From positions 128,712,001-128,776,000 of the forward strand of contig OX597814.1 of the NCBI GenBank assembly GCA_951406725.2: a stretch of DNA of 64,000 nt, read 5' to 3'. Below, in pieces: positions 1-11,525 of this stretch. The notes under the pieces are model-generated. The model was not told where the DNA came from. It worked only from the letters and a program-made list of their open reading frames with translations, and ran no database searches. Numbering within the stretch: the first letter of the stretch is position 1; the number at the start of each line of letters is the position of its first letter. This DNA comes from Octopus vulgaris (Eukaryota). The position numbers and the translations under genes were made by a program.

Positions 1-378
1 AAACAACTTCAAAACTAAGAACTGAATAATATTATGACATATTGATATTAAAATCTGCAGTTTGTCTGCATTTATATTTACTTTGTGACTGGAAATTGCT
101 TGATTTGATGTATAAATAAATCTTGTAATTTTCATGTTTTTATTTGGATTAAATTGCATAGATCTGTCTTTTATTTAGCCATGTTTTTAGGGAACATGCT
201 TGCAAAAATATATATATATATATATATATACATACCCCACACGTATACATACACACACATGCATGCATGTATGTACATATGTTCGCATGTGCGTATGTAT
301 GTATGTATGTATGTATGTATGTATGTATGTATGTATGTATGTATGTATGTGTGTGTGTCTGTATGGTAAGTGGGTGTA

Positions 379-549
379 GGAGTGGCTGTGTGGTAAGTAG
401 CTTGCTTACCAACCACATGGTTCCAGGTTCAGTCCCACTGCATGGCACCTTGGGCAAATGTCTTCTACTATAATCTCGGGCCGACCAAAGCCTTGTGAGT
501 GGATTTGGTAGACAGAAACTGAAAGAAGCCCGTTGTATATATGCATATA

Positions 550-608
<59 letters not shown>

Positions 609-833
609 ATATATTTGTGTGTCTGTGTTTGTCCCTCCACCATCGCTTGACAACCAATGCTGGTGTGTTTACATCCCCGTAACTTAGTGGTTTGGCAAAG
701 GAAACCAATAGAATAAGTACTAGGCTTTCAAAGAATAAGTCCTGGGGTCGATTTACTCGACTAAAGGCGGTGCTCCAGCATGGCTGCAGTCAAATGACTG
801 AAACAAGTAAAAGAGTAAAAAAGAGTAAAGAGT
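379..833 (+). mobile_element. tRNA-derived CORE-type SINE (family A), full length, with internal (TA)n/(TG)n tract and (AAAGAGTA)n tail
   Basis: Head ggagtggctgtgtggtaag...ggttcagtcccactg (A/B-box-like), CORE-like accttgggcaa segment, and many near-identical copies in the window. Confidence 0.9.
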
Positions 834-1044
834 ATATTTTATCATTTCATGTGCATGCACACACACACACATATGAACACACACACACACACACACACGC
901 AAGTGCATATACATGCACACACTTTGGTGTAATATTTATCAGAGTTGAAATGTATTCAACATACCTGTGTTTCAATTCCTATAGACAAGTCTGTCCACTT
1001 TTCTCCATTTTATGATATATTTGTGAATGTGTGACCAGTTTATT

Positions 1045-1182
1045 TCAGTTTCTGTCAACCAAATCCACTCACAAGGCTTTTGTCAACTGAAGGCTGTAGT
1101 AGAAGACACTTGCCCAAGGTACCACACAGCAGTTCTGACCCCAGAACCATATGGTTGGGAAGCAAATTTCTTCCACAAAGCC
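1045..1182 (-). mobile_element. SINE family A, 5' fragment
   Basis: Reverse complement of the head/CORE region of 379-833. Confidence 0.75.
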
Positions 1183-1248
1183 ATGCGAGTGAATGTTCTT
1201 AAACCTCAACCACCTATATTACATCAAAGCACACAGACATGGTGATCT

Positions 1249-1410
1249 GGAGTGGCTGTGTGGTAAGTAGCTTGCTTACGAACCACATGGTTCTAGGTTC
1301 AGTCCCACTGCGTGACACCTTGGGCAAGTGTTTCTACTTTAGTTTCGGGTTGACCAAAGCCTTGTGAGTGGATTTGGTAGCCGGAAACTGAAAGAGGCCC
1401 GTTGTAAATA

Positions 1411-1455
<45 letters not shown>

Positions 1456-1542
1456 ACATGTTTGTGTCTATGTTTGTGTTTGTCCCCCCAACATCACTTG
1501 ACAACTGATGCTGGTGTGTTTACGTCCCCGTAACTTAGTGGT
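1249..1542 (+). mobile_element. SINE family A, 3'-interrupted
   Basis: Colinear with 379-690. Confidence 0.85.
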
Positions 1543-1544
1543 GC

Positions 1545-1811
1545 CTAAATAAAGATGCCAGTGCTGCCTTGACTGGTTCCCGTGCTGGTGTCACATAAAA
1601 AATACCATCCAAACGTGGATGATGCCAGCCCCCTAGGCCCCTGTGCTCGTGGCACTTAAAAAGCACCCACTACACTCTTGGAGTGGTATGTGTTAGGAAG
1701 GGCATCCAGCTGTAGAAACACTTCCAGATCAGATTGGAGCCTCGTGCAGCCTCCTGTCAAACCATCCAGCCCATGCCAGTATGAAAAACGGACATTAAAT
1801 GATGATGATGA
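1545..1811 (+). mobile_element. SINE/RTE-like 3' region with (GAT)n tail
   Basis: gttaggaagggcatccagctgtagaaac motif and gatgatgatgat tail; a second copy is split at 5460-5511 plus 6259-6420. Confidence 0.65.
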
Positions 1812-2280
1812 TATATCAGTTGTATAAAGTGGTATTGGGTGCTCGAAGTGAATGGAACCCATTTTCTTTGCTCTACACATCACTTGTAGATGTCAAATCC
1901 AACTTGAGAGCACAATATGTCTTTTGTTGGGTTTCCATGGCTACAGTCTTGGACAGGCTGCATGGTTTGCCAGCCCCACCAAACAGGATGTTTTTACGAG
2001 ATACCAATTGTGTGAATGATACCATTTGTATGAATGGAGATACCATTTGGTTCACAATGCAGTCATCCATCATTTCACAGGTTCTAGTTTTTAGTGCTAC
2101 AGAGTGTTCACAACACCCTAATGGAACTCATGGAATAAGAAAACATGCAGGAAGTCATGGAACAAAGTTGTGAAGACTGAGCTGAAGATACTCTGAACAT
2201 CACAGACAAGGGATTGTGATGAGGGGAGGTGTGTGGTGCTAGAGAAAAACTGCCTACCCATGCAGCTATTTCAAAATGGA

Positions 2281-2491
2281 TTACTCTTTTACTCTTTTAC
2301 TTGTTTCAGTCATTTGACTGTGGCCATGCTGGAGCACCATCTTTAGTCGAGCAAATCGACCCCAGGACTTATTCTTTGTAAGCCTCGTACTTATTCTATC
2401 GGTCTCATTTGCCAAAGCGCTAAGTTACGGGGACGGAAACACACCAGCATTGGTTGTCAAGCGATGCTGGGGGGACAAGCACAGACACACA

Positions 2492-2524
<33 letters not shown>

Positions 2525-2690
2525 CACACATATATGATGGGCTTCTTTCAGTTTCCGTCTACCAAATCCACTCACAAGGCTTTGGTTGGCCTGAGGCTAT
2601 AGTAGAAGACACTTGTCCAAGGTGCCACGCAGTGAGACTGAACCCAGAACCATGTGGTTGGTAAGCAAGCTACTTACCGCACAGCCACTT
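2281..2690 (-). mobile_element. SINE family A, full length
   Basis: Reverse complement of 379-833. Confidence 0.9.
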
Positions 2691-2874
2691 CTATGCTTAT
2701 GACAGTGATAGAAACTGAGATATTTAAAATAATATCTACCTGTGGGTCCTTTCCATCCACTACTCTTCCTTCTTTGATACCCACTCTTCTCTCATACACC
2801 TATCTCTTATTCACTGTATCTTGCTACCTGAGTAACAAGAGATGTCATACTAGATCTGACCTTATTCACTTGTG

Positions 2875-3110
2875 ATGGTGCATGGTCCAGAGGTTAGGAT
2901 GCTGCATTTATGACAGCCAGATTATGGTTTCAATTCTGAGACTGGGCAGAGCATTGTGTTCTTGAGCCAAGCACTTCATTTCAAGGAGACCTAGTCTACT
3001 CAGCCGTGAATGTGTAAACATGCAACAGAGTGGTGTCCTGTTTATAGCAATGTTGTGATCTTAGTTACCTGTATGCAATGGGAACTGGGTAACCAATCCT
3101 AGGATCCAAG
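2875..3110 (+). mobile_element. Degenerate tRNA-derived CORE-type SINE (family C)
   Basis: Similar to the reverse complement of 55410-55647 (tgtgttcttgagc...cacttcatttca). Confidence 0.6.
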
Positions 3111-3960
3111 ACAATACTTACTTTATTTAGTAAGTATTATCACTGTCTCTCTTGCTTTACCTCCACCCCTATCACCCTGTTCCCTCTGTCTAACCAAATG
3201 TTTCTAAAAAGGAAAGGAACATGGATACCTTGGAGCTTTTGTGGATTGATAAAGGGCAAACAAATTGCCATGATCAATAAATTTAAGGTGGTTCTAAACT
3301 TTTCAAAGATATCCAATGCTTATGGTGGGCTGTGTGGTAAGTAGCTTGCTTACCAACCACGTTGTCATGGGTTCAGCATGGCACCTTGGGCAAGTGTCTT
3401 CCACTATAGACTCAGGCTGACCAAAGCCTTGTGAGTGGATTTGGTAGACAGAAACTGGAAGAAGCCCATTGTATATATATCTATGTATATATATATATTA
3501 GTAGCCATGGCTATCATCCTTTTTACTGCTATCATCATTCCTTTTTCCCTACGTGACCCATTATTGACAGTATAAGTAAGTTGCTTCCTTTCACTCACGA
3601 ATCACTTTACACAGTCTATTTTTGGTGTGTTTCCAACATCAGAGAGATTGTCTTGTTCCTCACGAGATTAAATAATCCTATCTACTCCATGTTATCTCTG
3701 TTTAACCTTTGGTGGAATATTTTAATTCAAAGCTTATGAACACAAGACATTTTACTACAGAGCCAGAGCCGGTTTTGGCTGGGTTAGTAACAAAAGGATT
3801 AATCATAACAGACATGAGAGAGAGAATGAATACTGGAAAGGGTATGAATATGAGTGCTTTGGATTAGACCAGTGAATCGCAATTGACGAAATATCTGGTT
3901 TCCCTTCTTGAAATTATTAGCTGAAATTTTTACCCACTACCACTACTATTTCATTATTTA

Positions 3961-4352
3961 CTAGCAGTATAGCCTGGCGTTGCTCAGGCTTGTTTCGACC
4001 CTTTAGAATTGGAATTTTTGAAAAGTAAAAATTTTGCATTATGTAGCTTGTTATTCTCTTTAAGTGAACATTTTCCTGGTTGAAATACACCGAAAAATGG
4101 TGACACAGCAGTCAAAAAATCGTAAAAAATACGGATTTTCATAGAAAAAAAGCACTTTTTTGATGTAATTAATTTTTGGTGTTAACATAGTCCGATTTGA
4201 ATTTTTTCTTTTACGGAATGAAAAACAAGCCTTCTTCTATGATACTCTCAATTTTGGTCAACTTGCGCCGCAGGGTCTCGGAGGAAATAGTGTTAGTTGA
4301 AGGCTACCAAACCTGCCACACACACAGACGACTTCAGCTTTATATATAAAGA
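3961..4352 (-). mobile_element. Non-autonomous Helitron
   Basis: Minus strand starts A|TC (tctttatatataaagctg), ends with hairpin cctgagc-aac-gccagg then CTAG|T; no TSD. Confidence 0.8.
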
Positions 4353-4394
4353 TTAAAAGGTGTAAATGATGTACAATCCATATCTTTTTATCTT

Positions 4395-4775
4395 TTTCTT
4401 TTCACTTGTTTCAGTTATTTGACTGCGGCCATGCTGGAGTACCGCCTTTAGTTGAGCAAATCAACCCCAGAGCTTATTCTATTGGTCTCTTTTGCCGAAC
4501 CACTAAGTTACGGGGACGTAAACACATCAGCATCGGTTGTCAAGCAATGTTGGGAGGACAAATACGGACATACAAACATATACACACACACACACATATA
4601 TATATATATACATACATAGATATGACTGGCTTCTTCCAGTTTCCATCAACCAAATCCACTCACAAGGCTTTGGTCGGGCCGAGGCTATAGTAGAAAACAC
4701 TTGCCCAAGGTGCTACGTAGTGGGACTGAACCCATGACCATGTGGCTGGTAAGCAAGCTACTTATCACACAGACC
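4395..4775 (-). mobile_element. SINE family A
   Basis: Reverse complement of 379-833. Confidence 0.85.
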
Positions 4776-5511
4776 ACCATAAGCTTTGAATATCTTTGAG
4801 AAGTTTAGAACCATCTTAAATTCATTGATCATGGCAATTTGTTTGCCCTTTTTCAATCTACAAAAGCTCCAAGGTGTCCATGTTCCTTTCCTTTTTAGAA
4901 ACATTTGGTTAGACAGAGGGAACAGGGTGATAGGGGTGGAAGTAAAGTAAGAGAGACAGTGATAAGCAGAATCGTGTTGCTGGAGAGGCAGAGCCATAAA
5001 CGTGAAGTGGTGAAATATAAGTTAGCAATGAATAGAATGAATTAGTTCAACAACTATTGACCAGGAAGTAGCTAATGTGAAAAAGAGAGAGAATGAAGGC
5101 TTTTAACAAAATACTGCAAGGCACTGTATTTGATATTGCTAATCTACTGCTGGAATGTGGCCATGCTGAAGTATTGCCTTGATGACTTACTTGAACACAT
5201 TGATCCCAGTATTTAAAAAATTTTGTACTTATTATCTCTCTCTCTTTCTCCTCTACCTTTCTCTCCTTCCTCTTCTCCCTTTCTCTCCTTCCTCTTCTCC
5301 CTCTCTCTCTCCTCCCTCCCTCCTACTGAGGTAGCCATGTATCACATTTACTGGAAGGTACCCTTGTCTGTCTCTCTAATTTGTATTCTAACCTCTTATC
5401 ACTTGACACAAAACAACTCTCCACTCAGTTTTGAAATCTTGCCTAGGTTATTCAGTGACTTCACTGTTGCTGGTACCACATAAAAATCACCCAGTGCACT
5501 TGGTAAAGTGT

Positions 5512-6258
5512 TTTATTTCTTTATTGTCCACAAGGGGCTACACATAGAGGAGATAAACAAGGACTGGCAAACGGATTAAGTTGATTACATCGACCCCAGT
5601 GCGTAACTGGTACTTAATTTATCGACCCCGAAAGGATGAAAGGCAAAGTCGACCTTGGCGGAATTTGAACTCAGAATGTAGCGGCAGACGAAATACCTAT
5701 TTCTTTACTACCCACAAGGAGCTAAACACAAAGAGGACTAACAAGGATAGACAAACGGATTAAGTCGATTATATCGACCCCAGTGCTTAACTGGTACTTA
5801 TTTAATCGACCCCGAAAGGATGAAAGGCAAAGTCCACCTCGGCGGAATTTGAACTCAGAACGTAGCGGCAGACGAAATACCTATTTCTTTACTACCCACA
5901 AGGGGCTAAACACAGAGGGGACAAACAAGGACAGACAAACGGATTAAGTCGATTATATCGACCCCAGTCGTAACTGGTACTTATTTCATCGACCCCGAAA
6001 TGATGAAAGGCAAAGTTGACCTCGGCGGAATTTGAACTCAGATCGTAACTGCAGACGAAATTCCTATTTCTTTATTACCCACAAGGGGCTACAAACAGAG
6101 CGGACAAACAAGGACAGACATAGGTATTAAGTCGATTACATCGATCCCAGTGCGTAACTGGTACTTAAATTATCGACCCCGAAAGGATGAAAGGCAAAGT
6201 CGAAATATCGCTAAGCATTTCTCCCGGCGGGCTAACGATTCTGCCAGCTCGCCGCCTT
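5512..6258 (-). mobile_element. Tandem array of four SINE family B units (one head plus ~184 bp repeats) inside an older SINE
   Basis: Junctions gaaat(a/t)cc|tatttcttt at 5697, 5881, 6064; 15 bp TSD cacttggtaaagtgt at 5497-5511 and 6259-6273. Confidence 0.92.
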
Positions 6259-6905
6259 CACTTGGTAAAGTGTCTGGCATTAATTTGGACCTTTAGCTGT
6301 AGAAACCAGGCCAAAGCAGCCAGCAGAACTTTGTACAGTCTTTTGATGTACCAGCTCCTGTCAAATAGTCCAACCGTCCAACCAGCATGGGAAGCGGACT
6401 TTAAACGATGATGATGATGATATATTCATGTGACACTGCATGAATCAGTCCCACATTACTTCATTTACGCTGTAAGGAAGTATTGTTTATGTATGAACAT
6501 TTTCAGTGCCTTGAATACTGGTTAGAGCAGAGGAAAGCAGCTGTTGACCCAATCCAGATGTGAACAATAGAGTGTAATACCATCGAAACACCAAATTACT
6601 GGGTAACGGATTAATTCCACTACTCAAGAATAGGAACAATTTCTCCATAAACTTGAACCCAATTTCCGTCTCTGAAATTTCACAAACAAACATTTGGTAA
6701 ACCCGAGGCTATAATAAAAAAGACACTTGTTTCGTTGCGCTTTAGGATTGAACCCCAAACTACTTAGAGGTGAACTTCTAACTCACAGCAATACCAAAAC
6801 CATCATCACTATCACGAAAACATTATGGCAATGTGTTACAATGTAAGAAGTTTGTATCAACGTATAATGTACAAGGCCTTATAAGTTATAGGTAATCATG
6901 TAGAC

Positions 6906-7462
6906 CAGTTCTTCTCAAACTATCTGATGTGGCGTACCGGCAGGTTTTTTTCTTCCAATGTGCCGGGATTGGTAATATTTCTTAGTAATATTAATTTATA
7001 CCGGAAACAATATGTATAATTTCGGCGTGGAAGGTGTTTATAAGTCATTTAAGAAACACGCAAAACCGTTTCAATGAACAGGTCGCGGTCTCAAAGTGAC
7101 GAAAATATTTTGGCAAATTAAATTTAAATGTTGGAGAGGATCTAATGGTTTTTGTGTGTTTCTTAAATGGCTTATAAACACCTTCCACGCTGAAATTGTT
7201 TTCGTTCCAGCACACGATCTCAAATCAGGTCACTTGCTATGCATGTACATCTCCGTATAATGAATATAATAAAAGTTGACAATTTTCAAAATCTTATATT
7301 TATTTTGTAAACAAATAATACAATATTATATAAGCTGATAATATGTTTACTGCAGTGCATAAGGCGAAATTACTGAAATTATGGTATTGTTTCTTTCTTT
7401 TCTGGAAACTCGCCGCATAGCGGCTGCTGATGGCTCGCGGACCACCACTTTGAGTAGCACTG
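6906..7462. mobile_element. hAT (Charlie-like) MITE
   Basis: TIRs cagttcttctcaaa / tttgagtagcactg; exact 8 bp TSD atgtagac at 6898-6905 and 7463-7470. Confidence 0.9.
7015..7258. mobile_element. Foldback MITE nested in the hAT element
   Basis: Inverted arms ~7015-7070 and ~7145-7200; related copy at 44448-44675. Confidence 0.7.
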
Positions 7463-8297
7463 ATGTAGACCTCAACACTTGATTGGTAGTTGTTTTATAG
7501 ATGCCGAAGGATTAAAGTCAATACTATCGGGATGCGGACACACAGAACATAAAGAGATAGAGATAGAAAAGGAAATATAAAAAAAGCTTTTATATTCTTC
7601 GGTATTGAACCCGAGCACTATATATATTATCATCATCTTATTTTAAAAAATCATCTCAGTTCATGCTTTCAAGGGAGATAACATTGATTAAAAATCTGTG
7701 TACTTATCTCCCTTGCATTAGAAATAATTCAAGGGAAACCATTTATTGTCTTTTTAAAAGTAGCTATCAACTATTGCAACAAAAAATATTTGCTATTCTT
7801 TGTTTAACTCGCGGTCAGTTCTGATCGATCTAGCAGACCTACGGGGGAAAACATTCCACTCAGTCTTTTTGTATCTGTGTCTAGGACTAGATTAGGTAAA
7901 CTTTTACAATTCCACCCGGAAGGTGAAATGAATGTTTTTTTCCGATGCTTCTGTTTGGTATGTTTTGAACGAATCAGATTATCAAAACCGTCGGAAATCA
8001 CACCCGCCCCATTCGTTCTTTAGGTAAATTCCTACCTGCAGGTGATACGAGTGTATTGGTTAGAATTTACGTAACTATTATCCAATGTTTCAATGTTTCC
8101 ATTTTATAAAAGTTAAGATGGTAGGGTGTGATTTAAGGGAGATTTTGTTGTTATTTTTAGTAGGACGATCGACCATGCAGGTGCAGGCTTGTAATCAACA
8201 CACTCACACACACACACACACACACACACTGTATGTATGTATGTATGTATGTATGTATGTATGTATGTATGTATGTATGTATGTATGTATGTATGTA

Positions 8298-8432
8298 TAT
8301 TTAATTTCTTCCATTGAGGAAGGAGCTTGTTTCTAATAAAGATACAAAGCTCCATCTTTGGAACGTAGATAAAGGAAACAATGTCACATTTTAAAACCGA
8401 GAAAATTCTTGCATAGTTTTACTGTTCTGCTT
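8298..8432 (-). mobile_element. R4/Dong-clade LINE 3' end next to (TATG)n
   Basis: Similar to the reverse complement of the 3' end of 23023-24437. Confidence 0.6.
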
Positions 8433-8519
8433 ACAGAATTTTATTGACTTCACAGTGTTTACCGTTTTACAAAATCAAACTAGAAAATCGGACAAAACAG
8501 AGAACACGATTGAAAAAAT

Positions 8520-10465
8520 TCAAGAAAAAAAAAAGAGAAAGAAGAAAGAGAAAAAAAAATCACATTCTGTTGAAAAGTTTGAGGCGCTGGGAAACCTTTC
8601 TAATGGCTATTAAGACACGCCAGCACGCTTGCAGCGTTGCCGCGGGTGATGGCGAAGATGATGCGCTGGAACAGCCAAGCGCCCTCACGAGCCTCAACAG
8701 TTACCTCTGCAAAGCGAGTTGCCAGTGAAGAAAGGAATCTCGAAGTTAGTGGTCCGACCCCACCAAACTTCTCAAACGCCACAGGATGGAAAATGTAGTT
8801 GGCTGACAGATCGCGGTATTTCAGGATTTTGTTCCGCTCGGTCGCAGAGCTGTGTTTCTCGCCCTGACCGCAGCATCCAGAATGTGAGAAGAAGCAAAGG
8901 AGTCGCTAACTGTGACATCCCAGACAAGGTATCTGCCTTGCGACCAGGGGCACAGGGTGAGGCCGTCAGGTCTCTTCCCATCACATCTGGACAGTCCAGA
9001 TGGTTCCAAGATAGAGGGGATGTTTGCCCGTGCCAAGCTCCTCTTGAGTACCAGGTTCAACTCCGTATGACGCGCGAAGCGATCAACATTCTGGTGACAA
9101 GAAAGGACATAGAGGTCTGTGGAGTCGAGGAGTCTGCCACAACGACAGATCAAACCTGTGCATACGTCAGCTCCCACTCTAAGGGCAATGGAGACACGAA
9201 GTTCGTCCAAACTGAGTAGGCCGCCAACATTAGCCACAGGCATGGCATCAATCCAGTCACCTGAGTATTTGGCGCTAGCAGACAGTAAGCGGCATCTTGA
9301 AAACTGGTCCGACTGGATGAAGAGGGAGTCGAAGGTGCCCTTCGAATTTATGTTGTCCCAAGCTCTCTGACTCCGACAGTCCTCCACCTTCTCAGGAGCA
9401 GTCAAGTCAAATTCCTTCCAGTATTGGAAAGCTTCATCCAACTCCCTGTTGGAACTGGTCTGTGTTGGGGAAGAGAGGATGTTGTTCACTAGGGTGGAAC
9501 AGGCGTGCGTGGAGGAAAAGAAGCAGGGGAGAGAGAGGGACGAACACTTACGAAGACCAAGACCTCCAAATCGCTTGGGCATTGCAGCCTGATCGCGGGG
9601 CGTTGGAGAGAATCTAACTAGGTTGTCAAAGCGTTGGAGGTACGATGGGAATCGGTAGGATGAGCTGACTCTGAATAAATATAGAAGCTTAAGGATCGAG
9701 AGGTAACTCCTAACGAATGAAAAAACCTTGATGGGGTTCGATAGCTTCAATATTTTTCAGCAATTGTTCAAGGGCAGCCACCTTCGACTGGAAGATGAAC
9801 TCAAAGGCAAGGTCAGTGATTGGGGCACCTAGAGAGCACCAAGCCGATGGCGCGGAGGACTGCAATGGAAAGGAAGGATTCTGTAAAAAGGTCAATAGTT
9901 GGTTGATGTTGAGAAACCGAGTGGTTGAGGATCCAGAGCTCACATTTGGAGCTGTTTACTTGGAGACCCCGGTGACCAAGCTCCCCAACCATCATGTTAG
10001 CAATGGCGAGAACCCTGTCCGGAGCTCCCCCCACACAAGCATCGTCGAGATACTAGACATTGAGTTCTAGCTCGACGCCCATCTTGGTGATGTCATCAGT
10101 GCCCAGTGCGAACAGAGCGGGTCCTATTGGACTCCTGAGGCAGAGGTGATGATTTGTTCACCGAAAGAGAGATAGGAGGGCTCCTGATGAGCCTGCCATG
10201 CAAGGCAGTAGAGCTGTGGACAGCATTGTGGCTGGTGGAGTTGAAGGCAGTCTTAAGGTCAAGTTTGAGGATGACCTTGGTGAACAAGGAGGGCAAGTTG
10301 GCATAGGCTTTGGTAGCGTGGGCAGCAGTTTCACATCCTAGTTTGGTGCCAATCCTAGCTGGGTGGGGGAAAATCCCTCCTCCAATAAGCTAGAGGCCGA
10401 TTGTAAGCACACCTTTGCAGTAAGACGGCGAAGGGTGCAGCCGACTGCAATGGGGCGCAGGTCTC
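8520..10465 (-). mobile_element. CRE-clade non-LTR retrotransposon, 5'-truncated and frameshifted (RT + zinc finger + RLE)
   Basis: RT motifs LRPIAVG, KLDLKTAFNS, GVQ*DPL, YLDD; CRCG..VLSC..ARH; RLE DGKRPDGLTL..WDVT; C-terminal QR...RGNAASVL. Confidence 0.88.
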
Positions 10466-10585
10466 TAATTGGGTTTGGTGAACCCGAATGATTTTGTACT
10501 GAAGAATAGTGAGCGAATACAAGGGAAGACGTTATATTGTATTTGCAATGTGCGAATCAGTTGGTTGACTTTCACACACGCTCGC

Positions 10586-10624
<39 letters not shown>

Positions 10625-10802
10625 GTGAGGAAGTGGGAAAGCAACTTGGATTTCTTCATATTAATGAGGTTGATGTAGTTGATTTCAACAGGTTGCCGCT
10701 TCAGAGAATAAAGGAGACAGGTATGCAGACAGACAGACAGACAGATAGACAGATAGATAGACAGATAGATAGACAGATATATAGATAGATAGATAGAGAT
10801 AA

Positions 10803-10847
<45 letters not shown>

Positions 10848-10987
10848 GATAGAGAGAGAATAGAGGGGCGTCCGACAGTCAGTGAACGCGATTGAAATCG
10901 CATTAAGTTAAAATCGCCATTTGCGTATCGTATTAAATGTATATATGATGTTGTTCATGCACATCCGTCAGTAAATATAAAATATTG

Positions 10988-11027
<40 letters not shown>

Positions 11028-11034
11028 CGTCGTG

Positions 11035-11113
<79 letters not shown>

Positions 11114-11306
11114 ATATATGTATATACGGGTGTGTGTGATTGTGTATAGAAGAATATATTGATAAAAGGAATTCAAACCGTGTCTGATTTTCACGTTTTA
11201 TTTACAATCTTATAATGATATAATATAATATAATATAATATAATATAATATAATATAATATAATATAATATAATAAAATAATAGAATGTTAAATGTTCAT
11301 TCTGAT

Positions 11307-11347
11307 TGAACTAGTACTTTCATGCATTTCTGCAATCTTCAGGTTCA
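11307..11347 (-). ncRNA. Type I hammerhead ribozyme in the PLE pLTR
   Basis: Minus strand UGAAC-CUGAAGA-UUGCA(GAAA)UGCAU-GAAA-GUAC-UA-GUUCA: stems I and II plus palindromic minimal stem III. Confidence 0.88.
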
Positions 11348-11410
11348 TGAAGTAGTGGTGACAGTCATGCTTCACAATTTTTGACTGTAGCGAGATGATT
11401 GAATCTGTGC

Positions 11411-11525
11411 TTTAAATACAGCTGTGTAGGCTCCAGATTGCTAGGTTTTGCAAACTGTATTCTGACCAATCAGTGTCTAGTATCACTCAATTACTTAAGC
11501 TGATTGGTTGGTTGAGCTGATTGGT
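11411..11525 (-). promoter_or_regulatory. Putative pLTR promoter (CCAAT boxes and TATA-like box)
   Basis: Two ccaatcag motifs on the minus strand (~11500-11525) and tatttaaa (11411-11418), upstream of the hammerhead. Confidence 0.4.

Larger units (their letters stand above)
3137..4965. repeat. Local inverted duplication; arms ~3137-3500 and ~4600-4965
   Basis: About 190 bp of non-SINE sequence plus the adjoining SINE A head recur as a reverse complement; both arms share the variant tcatgggttcag. Confidence 0.9.

Noticed and set aside
5512-6258. CRISPR-like or retrozyme reading of the ~184 bp tandem units
   Set aside because: There are no unique spacers or cas genes, and I found no hammerhead core on either strand of the unit; the units are SINE bodies.
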